IMG/VR virus record: IMGVR_UViG_3300045988_021519
Span: 1-37,044 of that record
Origin: a virus
Length of the DNA: 37,044 nt
Reading direction: 5' to 3' (one strand)
Made by a program: the position numbers and the translations under genes. The notes beneath the pieces are model-generated. The model saw only the letters and a list, made by a program, of their open reading frames with translations, ran no database searches and was not told the origin of the DNA. Below are positions 24,002-33,695 of the stretch, piece by piece; position 1 is the first letter of the stretch; each line of letters opens with the position of its first letter.

Positions 24002-25756
24002 ATGAAAATAGTATCATTAAGAATTAACGGTAACGATATAGACGGTTTAGATAATGCAACGGTCAAGATCACATTAAACAACATTTCCCCGGTTACTATG
24101 ACCGGGGACAGTGTAGCGTTTAGCGCTACGGTAAAAGTGCCGAGAACGCCCAACAATGACCGGACGTTCATAGGGCTAAACAAAGGCTTGCTTAACTGTG
24201 AGTATTATGTAGCCGAGGTGCTGATAGCGTCTACCCCGTTCAAATATTACGCTTATGTGTCCGACGAGCCTACGCAGTTCTACGCGAAGGTGTCGGCGAC
24301 TGAAACGGAGTACACGATCAACTTGATCGAGAGTACGGACAAGTGGTCAGACGTTAGCAAACAAATTTCTTCGCCCTATGTGCACGCCATTGCCCGGGAC
24401 ACCTCAAACTCACTGTATTTGGCGGCGGTGGATTTGTCGCGAATTGTGAGATCAAATTTTAATTTCCCACAAATGGTATTCCCTAACATTCAACCGTATT
24501 ATGCCGACGGGACTAGACCCGTAGATTATGATTGGTTACAGGCGCACCTGATTTGTTCGCGCGGGGCTTTATCATGGGACTCTGATGTAGCGGCGGGCTC
24601 TACGAGCCTTATACCCCGAAACTCGACTAAAGGACGGGGCGGGTACATGTATCCGGGGGCGGCGCAATATGTATTTGACAATACTAGTATGTACTTGAAT
24701 GCCTCTTATTTTGGCACACGGTCCGGGGGGCTTCCGGCGGGGCTTAAGGTAAAACCTTCACAAGAGGAAAGGTTCGCTACATTCTTGATCGAATACACAG
24801 GGGATTCTATCCCCGCAACAAAACCGGATATAAATTTAGTAGGTAACTCTTCGGGGGAACTCTTTAATTTTTTCGCAGGGGTTTACAAAGGACAAGTATC
24901 TGAAAGGGTGTGGGTTTATTCTATGAAGTTTGATTCGGCAGCGGGCGGGAATTTATTCCCTAAAGCCGACAGTCATTTATTAATATCCGCCACGATAAAC
25001 GGTGCGACACGGACGGACTTTTTCAAAATACCTAACGGGTATTCACCGGGTGAATGTGTACGATTCAAAGGGGAAGCCAAGCCAGAAAGCGGTCTAAGCC
25101 CTACGGTCAAGACTGTTAACGATGTACCAAAAGGATTCCCGTACACGGACGTAAAAAACATAGTGGACGACATGTGTACGGCATGGCACTGGCGTAAAAT
25201 TTACCGCAACGGTAAGTTACGCGTAGAGCCAATAGTAGATGCAGACCTTCGTGACGGTACGTCGACGGCATGGGCACATATACACGATTGGAGCGACAAA
25301 CTACGCAGCGTTGAAACCGTAGACGTTCCCGACGAGTTTGCAGACCAATACGTGTGCACCCTGGACGCTACGCAATTCAGTTACAGCAACGGCGCGGGAA
25401 CAGTAACACCTGTTAAGGAGGCGTACAAGTCGGCAATTAAATTCCCATACAGCCCTTATTTGTTTCCAAAAGTAGGGCTTACGGCAGCTTTCAGTAAGAC
25501 GGGCTACGATCAACAGTATATCCATGTGAACGATATTTATTACCCGTACATAAACCGACATTTCCGTATGTTCCGGTCCCGTGTGCAGGTGAAAATAAAG
25601 GCGCAATTAGAATACGCGGACGTTGAAAACCTACGATTAGGGGACGCTTACTACTTTTCGCAGCTGAATAGTTGTTTCTACATCAAATCTTTAGGTGAAT
25701 ATGACGTAGCAACTGGGGATTGTAAGCTATCTTTGTACAAAATGGATTTAAAGTAA
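24002..25756 (+). CDS. putative distal tail (Dit-like)/baseplate protein
   Basis: 584 aa. The N-terminus IVSLRINGNDIDGLDNATVKITL... resembles the start of siphovirus tail-component (Dit) proteins. It is adjacent to the tape measure gene. Confidence 0.45.
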   Translation: MKIVSLRINGNDIDGLDNATVKITLNNISPVTMTGDSVAFSATVKVPRTPNNDRTFIGLNKGLLNCEYYVAEVLIASTPFKYYAYVSDEPTQFYAKVSATETEYTINLIESTDKWSDVSKQISSPYVHAIARDTSNSLYLAAVDLSRIVRSNFNFPQMVFPNIQPYYADGTRPVDYDWLQAHLICSRGALSWDSDVAAGSTSLIPRNSTKGRGGYMYPGAAQYVFDNTSMYLNASYFGTRSGGLPAGLKVKPSQEERFATFLIEYTGDSIPATKPDINLVGNSSGELFNFFAGVYKGQVSERVWVYSMKFDSAAGGNLFPKADSHLLISATINGATRTDFFKIPNGYSPGECVRFKGEAKPESGLSPTVKTVNDVPKGFPYTDVKNIVDDMCTAWHWRKIYRNGKLRVEPIVDADLRDGTSTAWAHIHDWSDKLRSVETVDVPDEFADQYVCTLDATQFSYSNGAGTVTPVKEAYKSAIKFPYSPYLFPKVGLTAAFSKTGYDQQYIHVNDIYYPYINRHFRMFRSRVQVKIKAQLEYADVENLRLGDAYYFSQLNSCFYIKSLGEYDVATGDCKLSLYKMDLK

Positions 25757-25762
25757 ATTAAT

Positions 25763-28276
25763 ATGGCGGATCAAGTAACACTATTAGACCTTAATTTCGG
25801 CACGTCAGAAGCCGAGAAGGGGCTAGACGCGTTAATAGCTAAGAGTATGGCCCTTGCAAAGACTAAAAAGGATTTGCAAGCGGCGTACGCCTCCGAGAAG
25901 AAGGAGCTAGACGCGCTAAATCAGAACTATGCGGACGGGCTTGTACAGCAAGACAAGTACGACGCGACGGTTAAGAAGCTGAATAAGTCTCTGATTGAGA
26001 CGCAAAAGGCGATCCTAGACAATACCGAGGCGAACAAACAGAATAACGCCGAGATCAAGAGTACAAAAACGCTCCTAGACAACGAGGCTACGAGCGTTAA
26101 CGCTTTGCGTGCACAGTTGGCGCAGAACACCACGGAGCTGAACAAGATGAGCGAAGCGCAACGGACTACTAGCAAAGAGGGGCAAGACCTAACCGAGCAG
26201 ACTAAAGCATTATCGGACAAACTTAAGGAGCTGGAAAAGTCAGTAGGCGACAACCGCCGTAATGTCGGTAATTACGCCGAGAGCGTTAAAGACGGCATAC
26301 TCCAAACTCAAGGTTTGACAGGTGGCACTGGCGCGCTAGTGGGACAAATGAAAAGCGGCATTGCTGGGGTTCAAGCGTTCAACGCGGCGTTAAAGGCCAA
26401 CCCTATTATTTTCGTCGTGTCGCTCGTATTAACTCTTATCGGGATCATTGAGAAGCTGATGAAACGTAACAGCGAGTTAGCGACTAGCTTAAATGCGGCG
26501 TTTGCTCCGTTTAAAGTGATTTTTGGGCGTTTGCTGGACTGGATAACCGGATTGTTTGAAGGCGTAGCGTTCTTGCTTGAAAACCTTGCCAAGGGCGTTA
26601 CGTGGCTTCTAGACAAACTAGGGCTTATCAGTGAAGAGACAAAGAAGGCAGCGGCGGAAGGCGCGAAGCTAGCAGCCCAAACGCAGAAGATTTACCAAGC
26701 TGAAACGGCGGCACTTGTACCGATGGCACAGATGCGGCGCGAGATGGAAGAACTTAAGACCCTTGCAGCCGACCAAAACAAATCAGCGGCGGAGCGCACC
26801 AAGTTGCTAGAACAGGCTGGGGAAAAGCTGCACGCCATCCGTGATATGGAGTTGTCCGTACTGGACGCTAAGTACAAGCAGATAAAAGCCGAGAACCAAT
26901 TAGGATATACAAGCGACGAGGACGCACGGAAAGAACAGGAGGCACTAGCCGCGCTAGAAGCAGCGCGCGCCCAATACGCTACACAGGAGAAGGAAATGGC
27001 GGGGCAGGTGTCTGGCTTCATAAAGCAAGAGAGGGACAAGCAGGCACAAGCGGCACAAGCGGCGGCGGCGAGGTCAGCGAAGGCGGCAGAAGACGCGGCG
27101 AAGAGGGAAGCAGACGCGCAAAAGAAAGCGCAGGACGCTATTAAGGCCGCACAGGACGCGCAACTTAAGAAATACTCGGAAGCGGTTACCGCAATGCAGC
27201 TAGATATAGCACAGCGCGAAATAGAAGGGGCTAAAATATCATTGCAAGAACTGCAAGCGGTCAACGACCAAAAGATAGAGATCGAGACGTACAGACGCGC
27301 ACAGGGCTTGATCGGAGAACAGGAGTATATAAACAACGTTCGCCAACTCGAGTTGGAATACGCCGCAGAGGTCAAGGCACGGAAGGACGAGGAAGACCAA
27401 AAGGAAAGGGACCGTCAAGCTCTCAACATGGAGAACGACCGCGCGCTAGCTGACATGAAACTAGGCAACGACTTGGAAAGCCAACTTGCGAGACTGGACG
27501 CGCAAAAGGCGGCCGAGATCGCGAACGCGGAAGCGATCGGAGCAGAAACAACCGCAATAACCGAACGTTTTGAAATCATGAAGGACGAGCTTAAACGCAA
27601 ATATTATAACGCGCAATTGGAGATGGCAGCGGGCACAGCCGGACAACTCGCAAGCCTATTGGGCGAAGAGAGTGCAGCGGGCAAAGCATTTGCCACGGCG
27701 CAGGCGCTTATCAATACCTATTTGGGCGCGACTAAAGCAATAGGGCAGGGCGGTATTTTTGGTATTGCGCAGGCGGCTATCGTAGTGGCGGCAGGTATGA
27801 AACAGGTTATGAACATTAACAAAACTAAAGAGCCGGACACCAAGATTAATACAAGCGTTCGCAAATACGCAAAAGGTGGACAAATATACGGCCCTAGTCA
27901 TTCGGCCGGGGGTGTGACGTTCACCGGGTCGAACGGGCAACAGTTCGAAGCAGAAGGTGGGGAGAACATGTACATTCTGAACCGGAAGGCATCGGGCGCA
28001 ATCAACGCATTATCGGCTCTTAACATGGAGTACGGCGGGCGTTCGTTTGGCTCTTCGGGTGTGTACCGATACGCCAACGGTGGGAAGATCGACGTAGGCG
28101 GCGGTGCGAGCATGCAGTTACCTAGTAATTTCAGTCTGTCAAATGATAGTTTGCGAAAACTGGCGGCGATCATGTACGATTCAGTGGCTAGCGTCCCCGC
28201 TCCACGGGTGGCAGTTACCGACATAGACGAGGGTCAACAACAATATAATAGTGTACAAGTAGCGGCTAGCCTATAA
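25763..28276 (+). CDS. tail tape measure protein
   Basis: 837 aa. It has long Ala/Glu/Lys/Gln coiled-coil stretches, two hydrophobic segments (PIIFVVSLVLTLIGII; GIFGIAQAAIVVAAG) and a Gly-rich C-terminus with duplicated YA(K/N)GG(Q/K)I. Confidence 0.7.
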   Translation: MADQVTLLDLNFGTSEAEKGLDALIAKSMALAKTKKDLQAAYASEKKELDALNQNYADGLVQQDKYDATVKKLNKSLIETQKAILDNTEANKQNNAEIKSTKTLLDNEATSVNALRAQLAQNTTELNKMSEAQRTTSKEGQDLTEQTKALSDKLKELEKSVGDNRRNVGNYAESVKDGILQTQGLTGGTGALVGQMKSGIAGVQAFNAALKANPIIFVVSLVLTLIGIIEKLMKRNSELATSLNAAFAPFKVIFGRLLDWITGLFEGVAFLLENLAKGVTWLLDKLGLISEETKKAAAEGAKLAAQTQKIYQAETAALVPMAQMRREMEELKTLAADQNKSAAERTKLLEQAGEKLHAIRDMELSVLDAKYKQIKAENQLGYTSDEDARKEQEALAALEAARAQYATQEKEMAGQVSGFIKQERDKQAQAAQAAAARSAKAAEDAAKREADAQKKAQDAIKAAQDAQLKKYSEAVTAMQLDIAQREIEGAKISLQELQAVNDQKIEIETYRRAQGLIGEQEYINNVRQLELEYAAEVKARKDEEDQKERDRQALNMENDRALADMKLGNDLESQLARLDAQKAAEIANAEAIGAETTAITERFEIMKDELKRKYYNAQLEMAAGTAGQLASLLGEESAAGKAFATAQALINTYLGATKAIGQGGIFGIAQAAIVVAAGMKQVMNINKTKEPDTKINTSVRKYAKGGQIYGPSHSAGGVTFTGSNGQQFEAEGGENMYILNRKASGAINALSALNMEYGGRSFGSSGVYRYANGGKIDVGGGASMQLPSNFSLSNDSLRKLAAIMYDSVASVPAPRVAVTDIDEGQQQYNSVQVAASL

Positions 28277-28296
28277 ATCATAGGTAAAGCCGCGGC

Positions 28297-28323
28297 TTCG
28301 TGCCGTTAAATAATATATCTTTG
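28297..28323 (+). promoter_or_regulatory. Possible internal promoter ahead of the head genes
   Basis: A perfect -7 box TATCTTTG at 28316-28323, 20 nt before the ATG at 28344. The -33 is only TTCG (28297-28300) with short spacing. Confidence 0.45.
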
Positions 28324-28343
28324 TACCAATAATACAGTAATAT

Positions 28344-29378
28344 ATGAAAATATTTGAAAAGTTACGCATTATAGAAGCCGGGGAAACCGCAAACTACTAT
28401 GAAGAAGGGGGAAAGGCTTATAAATTAGTCATCTCTGCTAGTGCTTTCCCGTCTCTAGTGGCTTTAGGTAATTCCCGGCCTATTCACGCACGCCGCACTC
28501 ATAACGGCGCGGACCTGCTGGACGGGTATATAGGGCATTTTACAAACTTCACACACGACGAAAATGCCGTTTACGCTGATCTAGTCATGTCTGAAGCCTT
28601 GGAAAGTGCGTATCCTAGCGAATATAATTTTATGGTTGCTATGATCGAGAAGGAGCCGGAACTATTAGGCGTATCGGTGAATCAGTCTGACGTTAAGCAG
28701 TTGGACGATGAAGCGCAAACCGCAACCGTAACAGAAGTAAGAGATTTATTTAGTGCCGATTTGGTGGGACTCCCCGCGGCTACTAGTTCTTTATTTAATA
28801 ACAATTTAAACAAATTATCAATGAGTAAATTTTGGACGAAATTAGCCGAGCTGGTTAAATCAACTAAGTTGGCTAGGGAAACCGTCACAACCAAAGAAGG
28901 AAAGGAGCTTGTTATTATCGCTCAAGGCGAACAAGCTGCATTGGGTGACGAAGTACAGGACGCCGAAGGCAAACCCGTAGAAGATGGTGATTATTACATT
29001 TCTATCGGTGAGGGCGAGGACATGATCATTTCAGTCGTAGCCGGAAAAATTTCCGACGTTAAGGAAGTGGAAAGCGAAGCTAAAAGCGAAGAAGAGGGAC
29101 AGGAAGAGCTTGCAACCGAGGAAAAAAAGCCGGAAGAGGACAAGGAAGACGAGGACAAAAAGAAAACGGCTACACCGGAAGAGCTTTCAGCGATCCGCAA
29201 AGAAGTTACCGAGTTGAAGAAAACCGTGTCTGATCTCAAAACGCAGCTAAGCAAACGTACCGGTACACCGGCAGCGGCTAAAACAGAGATAAAGACCGAA
29301 ACTAAGACCGAAACTAAGTTGAGCCGTGAAGAGGTTCAGAAGGCCGCAACCGAAATGCGTAAAAAATTCAAATACTAA
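28344..29378 (+). CDS. putative scaffolding protein (possibly protease-scaffold fusion)
   Basis: 344 aa, directly upstream of the capsid gene. The C-terminal half is a highly charged coiled coil (EEEGQEELATEEKKPEEDKEDEDKKK, KTEIKTETKTETK). Confidence 0.55.
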   Translation: MKIFEKLRIIEAGETANYYEEGGKAYKLVISASAFPSLVALGNSRPIHARRTHNGADLLDGYIGHFTNFTHDENAVYADLVMSEALESAYPSEYNFMVAMIEKEPELLGVSVNQSDVKQLDDEAQTATVTEVRDLFSADLVGLPAATSSLFNNNLNKLSMSKFWTKLAELVKSTKLARETVTTKEGKELVIIAQGEQAALGDEVQDAEGKPVEDGDYYISIGEGEDMIISVVAGKISDVKEVESEAKSEEEGQEELATEEKKPEEDKEDEDKKKTATPEELSAIRKEVTELKKTVSDLKTQLSKRTGTPAAAKTEIKTETKTETKLSREEVQKAATEMRKKFKY

Positions 29379-29398
29379 TCTACTAAAACTTTAAAATT

Positions 29399-30355
29399 AT
29401 GGCATTTACATTTAGTGATTTAAACAAATTGAATATCGACAGCCTGGCCGATGTTATTTCTTTGACACTTGGGCTGGAGGGCGAATTGTCCAACGGCGTA
29501 ACCGTGTTAGCAGGCATTGAGAAGGGTAAACCTATCTTGACTTTCACCGCAACAGACAAAGCGGTAAGACGTTCCGCAGGTTGTGATAGCGAATACAAGT
29601 ATAGTTCTTTGCAGGACAAGGTTAAATACTACGATCACGCACAGATTGAGTTGCCTATCGTGGTTTGTCTGCAAGACTTGTGGGGCAAAATGGTTGCAAA
29701 AGGCGTTCACCTTTCAGCTGATTTCGATCAAACACAGTTAGCAGCTTTCATGCAGAACGAAATTCTGAAAGTTCTTGAAGCTGATATGTTACGTCTTGTA
29801 TGGCTGGACGGTCTGAAAACAACTGATACAGCGGGGGTATACACTGTGTTTAAAAACGGTGGTATCATCAAGCAAATGCAGGATTCAACCGAAAGTATTA
29901 AGGCTCTTGTTCCTTCTGGAGCTGGCGCAAACGTTTTGGAGTGTCTGAAATGGTGTATCGACAACCAGCGCCCGGACCAACTGGACGAATCAGAATTCTA
30001 TGTATCTAGTAACATTATGCGCGCTTATAAGGACTTAGTTGAAGCTAAGGACAACCATTTGGCACAGGCCAACATGGAGAACGGCAAACCAGCATACTAC
30101 TTCGAAGGTTACAAGGTGAACGAGTTGAGACACGTATCTAACAGTGCTAAGGGTGACGCTTTGACAGTTCAGTCTTTCATTGCTTTCTCTCCGAAAACTA
30201 ACATTCAGTTGGCTCTTGAAGATGCAAGTTTGACTATTGATCCGTTCATCCGTGACGCTAAAGACCGTAAGTATTACAGTACAACCGTGTTTGCAGCTGA
30301 TGCTATGCTTGCAGTTCCCCAATACATGAAATTGTGCACCGCAGCAGGTGTTTAA
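29399..30355 (+). CDS. putative major capsid protein
   Basis: 318 aa, follows the scaffold gene. Its codon usage is visibly poorer in CpG than in flanking genes, consistent with high expression. No motif-level proof. Confidence 0.55.
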   Translation: MAFTFSDLNKLNIDSLADVISLTLGLEGELSNGVTVLAGIEKGKPILTFTATDKAVRRSAGCDSEYKYSSLQDKVKYYDHAQIELPIVVCLQDLWGKMVAKGVHLSADFDQTQLAAFMQNEILKVLEADMLRLVWLDGLKTTDTAGVYTVFKNGGIIKQMQDSTESIKALVPSGAGANVLECLKWCIDNQRPDQLDESEFYVSSNIMRAYKDLVEAKDNHLAQANMENGKPAYYFEGYKVNELRHVSNSAKGDALTVQSFIAFSPKTNIQLALEDASLTIDPFIRDAKDRKYYSTTVFAADAMLAVPQYMKLCTAAGV

Positions 30356-30373
30356 TAATTAAAACAGTAATAT

Positions 30374-30910
30374 ATGGCCTGTATAAAGACATTAAATAAA
30401 GCAATTACCTACGACTGCCAAGCTGGCAGCGTAGGTATCGCTGAAATGTATCTGATTAACTTTGACGATGTAACAGCAGCGACCGTTGACAGTAATAACA
30501 GTATTTCGGCCATTACATTGAAGTCGGGGGCAAAGACAGTCCCGGTTGAGTGTTACAAGAACGGTGCGAAGTTAACAGAAGCTTTAAAGTTATCAGATGT
30601 TTCGGCAGGTTTGGATCAGTCCGTTATGTTTACCTTATATGATAAAAGTTTATCTTTGAGTAGTAACATTATGGCGTCACTTTTGAACGGGCGTTTTATG
30701 GCGGCCATTAAGTTAAACGACATTAACGCGGCAGCGGTTATGGCGGGCTTTAAATGTGGGCTTGAAATTTCTCAAGCTGATATGGATTCTAACGCGGCAG
30801 GTGGTTTTACTACAATAACGATTAAAACGCCGGACGATGCTAGAGGAGAAAATAGAATAACAATTGCTTCGGCAGCGTGGACAACGATCGCAGCCGCAAA
30901 ACTAGCTTAA
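30374..30910 (+). CDS. structural protein paralogue 1 of 3 (candidate tail tube/major tail protein)
   Basis: 178 aa. It shares M(A/G)C(I/L).K, (D/N)C at residues 14-15, LNG.F, G..CGL and GGF(T/S)T(I/V)T(I/L)(K/S)T(P/S)(D/E) with the next two ORFs. Confidence 0.7.
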   Translation: MACIKTLNKAITYDCQAGSVGIAEMYLINFDDVTAATVDSNNSISAITLKSGAKTVPVECYKNGAKLTEALKLSDVSAGLDQSVMFTLYDKSLSLSSNIMASLLNGRFMAAIKLNDINAAAVMAGFKCGLEISQADMDSNAAGGFTTITIKTPDDARGENRITIASAAWTTIAAAKLA

Positions 30911-30913
30911 AAT

Positions 30914-31447
30914 ATGGGATGCTTAAATAAATTAAATAAAGCGATCTTAGTTGATTGCGACGGAGGTGCAACAGGTGTAGCCGAGATGCTTCTTATCAAC
31001 TTTGCCGATATTGCTACAAAGAGCGTAGCGGATGGTATTGCCACTATAACACTAGCCGCTGGCGCTAAGGCCGTGCTGGTTGAGAGTAACAAGAAGGGTG
31101 TAAACGCTACGGAAGAAATAAAGACTAACGATCACGCGCCAACGGCGTTGACGCAGGCGGTTACGTTCACACTGTATCAGAGTGACGTAAACGGAACTGT
31201 GATAGCGAATCAGATTTTAAATGGTACGTTCCTAGCGCTTGTTAAAACTAAAGCCGGGAGGCTCCGTGTTTACGGGTATATCTACGGTTTGAGTATGTCT
31301 GCATTTTCCGAGGACTTGAACGCAAACGGCGGTTTTACTACCATCACGTTATCGACATCGGAAAATGTTATCGGCGAGGCGCGTGTAAGCTTCGCAGATG
31401 CTAGTTATGCAACATTGAGAGCCGCGGCGATCGTAACAGAATCATAA
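30914..31447 (+). CDS. structural protein paralogue 2 of 3
   Basis: 177 aa, collinear with paralogues 1 and 3 (MGCLNKLNKAILVDCDGG...NANGGFTTITLSTSE). Confidence 0.7.
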   Translation: MGCLNKLNKAILVDCDGGATGVAEMLLINFADIATKSVADGIATITLAAGAKAVLVESNKKGVNATEEIKTNDHAPTALTQAVTFTLYQSDVNGTVIANQILNGTFLALVKTKAGRLRVYGYIYGLSMSAFSEDLNANGGFTTITLSTSENVIGEARVSFADASYATLRAAAIVTES

Positions 31448-31460
31448 AGGAGGATATTAT

Positions 31461-32003
31461 ATGGCATGTATAAAAAAAATATCGGCAGATATTACGTATA
31501 ATTGTGAACTTCTCGCCGATGCAGGCGGGACTGGGGAAATAGACGAGGCTATTATCATCAACTCTTCGGACATTTCCACCATATCAGAAACAGGAGGGGT
31601 CGGTACTATAACTATGCTAACCGGAAAAAAGGGGTACATAATTAACTCCGTAAACAGCTCTATTATGTACCAAGACGCCATCAAAGTGAATGATACAACC
31701 CCTCCGGGAGAAGATCAGAGCGTTATTATAAAGATTTTACGATCTGGCGGATCACACTTGGAGTATAGGCTGGCAGTTAACCAGTTGTTAGGGGGAAATT
31801 TCCGGGCAGCCTTCAAAACTAAAACAGGTAATTATCTTTTGGCAGGGGCTTTTTGCGGCTTGGAAGCATCCGACCTTGCAACCGATTCAAGTACTGGGGG
31901 CTTCTCAACGGTGACACTTAAAACGCCGGAAGCGTCAACGGGGGATAGACTGTTAACGCTAGCTAAGGCAGATTACGACGGCCTGAAGATACCGAAAGTT
32001 TAA
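31461..32003 (+). CDS. structural protein paralogue 3 of 3 (most divergent)
   Basis: 180 aa (MACIKKISADITYNCELL...STGGFSTVTLKTPE), preceded by AAGGAGGA. Confidence 0.7.
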   Translation: MACIKKISADITYNCELLADAGGTGEIDEAIIINSSDISTISETGGVGTITMLTGKKGYIINSVNSSIMYQDAIKVNDTTPPGEDQSVIIKILRSGGSHLEYRLAVNQLLGGNFRAAFKTKTGNYLLAGAFCGLEASDLATDSSTGGFSTVTLKTPEASTGDRLLTLAKADYDGLKIPKV

Positions 32004-32025
32004 TAAAATTAAAACAGTTTAAAAG

Positions 32026-32526
32026 ATGGAAAAAATTACAGATATAGGGCAGATCGTTTCATTGTGTCAAACAATGACTAACCTAAAATTGGATATTGTG
32101 TGCGGGGCGGATCGCCTGTTTGCACAACGCTGGTATGAAGAACGTTATTTGACAGGACAACACACCCGTTACGTTATGAAGCCGGGGTTGTTCATCAACT
32201 CTATCGAAGACGGAAGAGTGTACCGCGCATTCAACACAAGCGACGAGAAGGCCGTAGAGTTCATGGAAGCAAATGAAAATTACAAGGACTATTTTATAGA
32301 CTTGCAAGCAGAACCAGAAGCTCCCGTAGAAGGCGAACCAGAAGTTCCCGTAGAAGGCGAACCGGAAGCGCCTGTAGAAGGTGAACCGGAAACAGAGCCG
32401 GAACTATCAGAGGAAGAGATCGCGGCAGCAAAACGTAGTGAAGCGGCTAAAAAGGCAGCGGCTACACGCGCAGCGAAAAAGGCGGAAGCAGAAGCAGCCG
32501 AGGGTCTGAAAGAGTTCGAAGAATAA
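32026..32526 (+). CDS. acidic protein with (EPEAPVEG)3 repeat and Ala/Lys-rich tail
   Basis: 166 aa. It contains a 24-nt tandem repeat x3 at 32311-32382 and a C-terminal AAAKRSEAAKKAAATRAAKKAEAEAAEG. Confidence 0.65.
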   Translation: MEKITDIGQIVSLCQTMTNLKLDIVCGADRLFAQRWYEERYLTGQHTRYVMKPGLFINSIEDGRVYRAFNTSDEKAVEFMEANENYKDYFIDLQAEPEAPVEGEPEVPVEGEPEAPVEGEPETEPELSEEEIAAAKRSEAAKKAAATRAAKKAEAEAAEGLKEFEE

Positions 32527-32545
32527 TATTTAAAAAGGTAAATCA

Positions 32546-33694
32546 ATGATCGCAGCAAAGAAAATAGAGTTAATAGTACGTAGGGCACTGAATTTAGTGC
32601 CCCGTACTTCTGAAGGGGTGGTTAGTTACGACGTAGACAACCTATACCCGCAACGTATCGCGAATCTTATCGACGCTAGCAAAACCGCTACGGCGTGTTG
32701 TGACAAGGCGAAGGAAAATATCATTTGCGAAGGCTTTGTTAACGAAGAATTTGCAGCGAGAACCAACGAGCACGGCCAGGACATGAACGATGTTTTAGAG
32801 TTCGTAGCGGACGAGATACCGAGATATAGAGGTTATGCATTAATAGTACAATACGGCGGCGATGGTCGCCCTTTGTACTGTTATCCCGTGCCGTTCGGTT
32901 ACGTTCGTGCCGTTCTTAATGAAGACTACAAACGCGATTCAATCGTGCGGAAATGGCGCGTATTCGATAACTGGGAGCGCGAGATGCTTAAGGACACGAA
33001 CGTTAAAACGGGCGTGGTTTATCCTAACTTCAACCCGAAAAACTTTTGGAAAGAATGTGAAGAGTACGGAGGTATTGAAAACCATCCGGGACAACTCTAT
33101 TACGCTAACTTCTCAAACCGTCGCCCTTATCCGATCAGCCCGTTTCACGCGGTACAGCCCGAAATGGGGGCAGAACACGGGAACGCCTTGTACGTTGAGA
33201 ACGTCCTAGCGCGTGGTTTCCACGCCTGTAGCGTCGTATCGCACGGGATGTTCCAAAGCGATCAGGAGCAGAACGAGTTCCGGGACGCAATTACCGAAAT
33301 GATGGGGGTGGAAGGAACTGGCGCGGTTCTCACAGTAAGAGACGAGAACGTAGGTATTACAGAGAAGCCGTTTATCCGGGTGGATCAAATTGGTACGCCT
33401 ATCGATTCCGATCTGTACAAATCGTATTGCGAGCCATTGCGGAAAGACATCGCTATTTCTTGCTTCACTATTCCGATCCCGCTTATCGATTCATCATTGA
33501 TCAGCTTTTCGAACGCGTCTGGCGAAGTGGTTAAGGAAATGCAACGCGTTTACCGCCGTTCATTGTCACGTGTCCGTGATAAGATTTCCCGTGACCTGGC
33601 ATATATATTCGACATAGACCCGGAACTAACTAAGATTAAAAACGATTTGGAAGGCGACGCGGATATTGCGCCTGACCAAGTAATAACAGATTAA
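32546..33694 (+). CDS. putative portal protein
   Basis: 382 aa, the only remaining head-region ORF of portal-compatible size. The central region (GNALYVENVL..., NEFRDAITEMMGVEGTGAVLTV) resembles the portal core pattern. Not verified. Confidence 0.5.
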   Translation: MIAAKKIELIVRRALNLVPRTSEGVVSYDVDNLYPQRIANLIDASKTATACCDKAKENIICEGFVNEEFAARTNEHGQDMNDVLEFVADEIPRYRGYALIVQYGGDGRPLYCYPVPFGYVRAVLNEDYKRDSIVRKWRVFDNWEREMLKDTNVKTGVVYPNFNPKNFWKECEEYGGIENHPGQLYYANFSNRRPYPISPFHAVQPEMGAEHGNALYVENVLARGFHACSVVSHGMFQSDQEQNEFRDAITEMMGVEGTGAVLTVRDENVGITEKPFIRVDQIGTPIDSDLYKSYCEPLRKDIAISCFTIPIPLIDSSLISFSNASGEVVKEMQRVYRRSLSRVRDKISRDLAYIFDIDPELTKIKNDLEGDADIAPDQVITD

Positions 33695-33695
33695 T

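Noticed and set aside
26692-27375. 227-aa ORF on the minus strand inside the tape measure gene
   Set aside because: It is the antisense reading of a GCN/GAR/AAR-rich coiled-coil region, giving a Ser/Ala/Cys-rich low-complexity product. It has no promoter or start context, and every supported gene is on the + strand.
28286-28299. Palindrome AAGCCGCGGCTT after the tape measure gene as a terminator
   Set aside because: It allows only a 4-bp stem with a 4-nt loop and has no following T-run, which is too weak to call.
32026-32545. Tail-assembly-chaperone style programmed frameshift (G/GT) at the acidic protein following the tube-candidate paralogues
   Set aside because: There is no slippery heptamer followed by an extended overlapping frame. 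The next ORF has its own ATG after a 19-nt gap and looks like a portal, not a chaperone extension. The tape measure gene is not downstream.
32862-33209. 115-aa alternative-frame + strand ORF inside the portal-like gene
   Set aside because: It is entirely nested and Arg/Thr/Cys-rich with no start context. The host frame gives a far more protein-like sequence.
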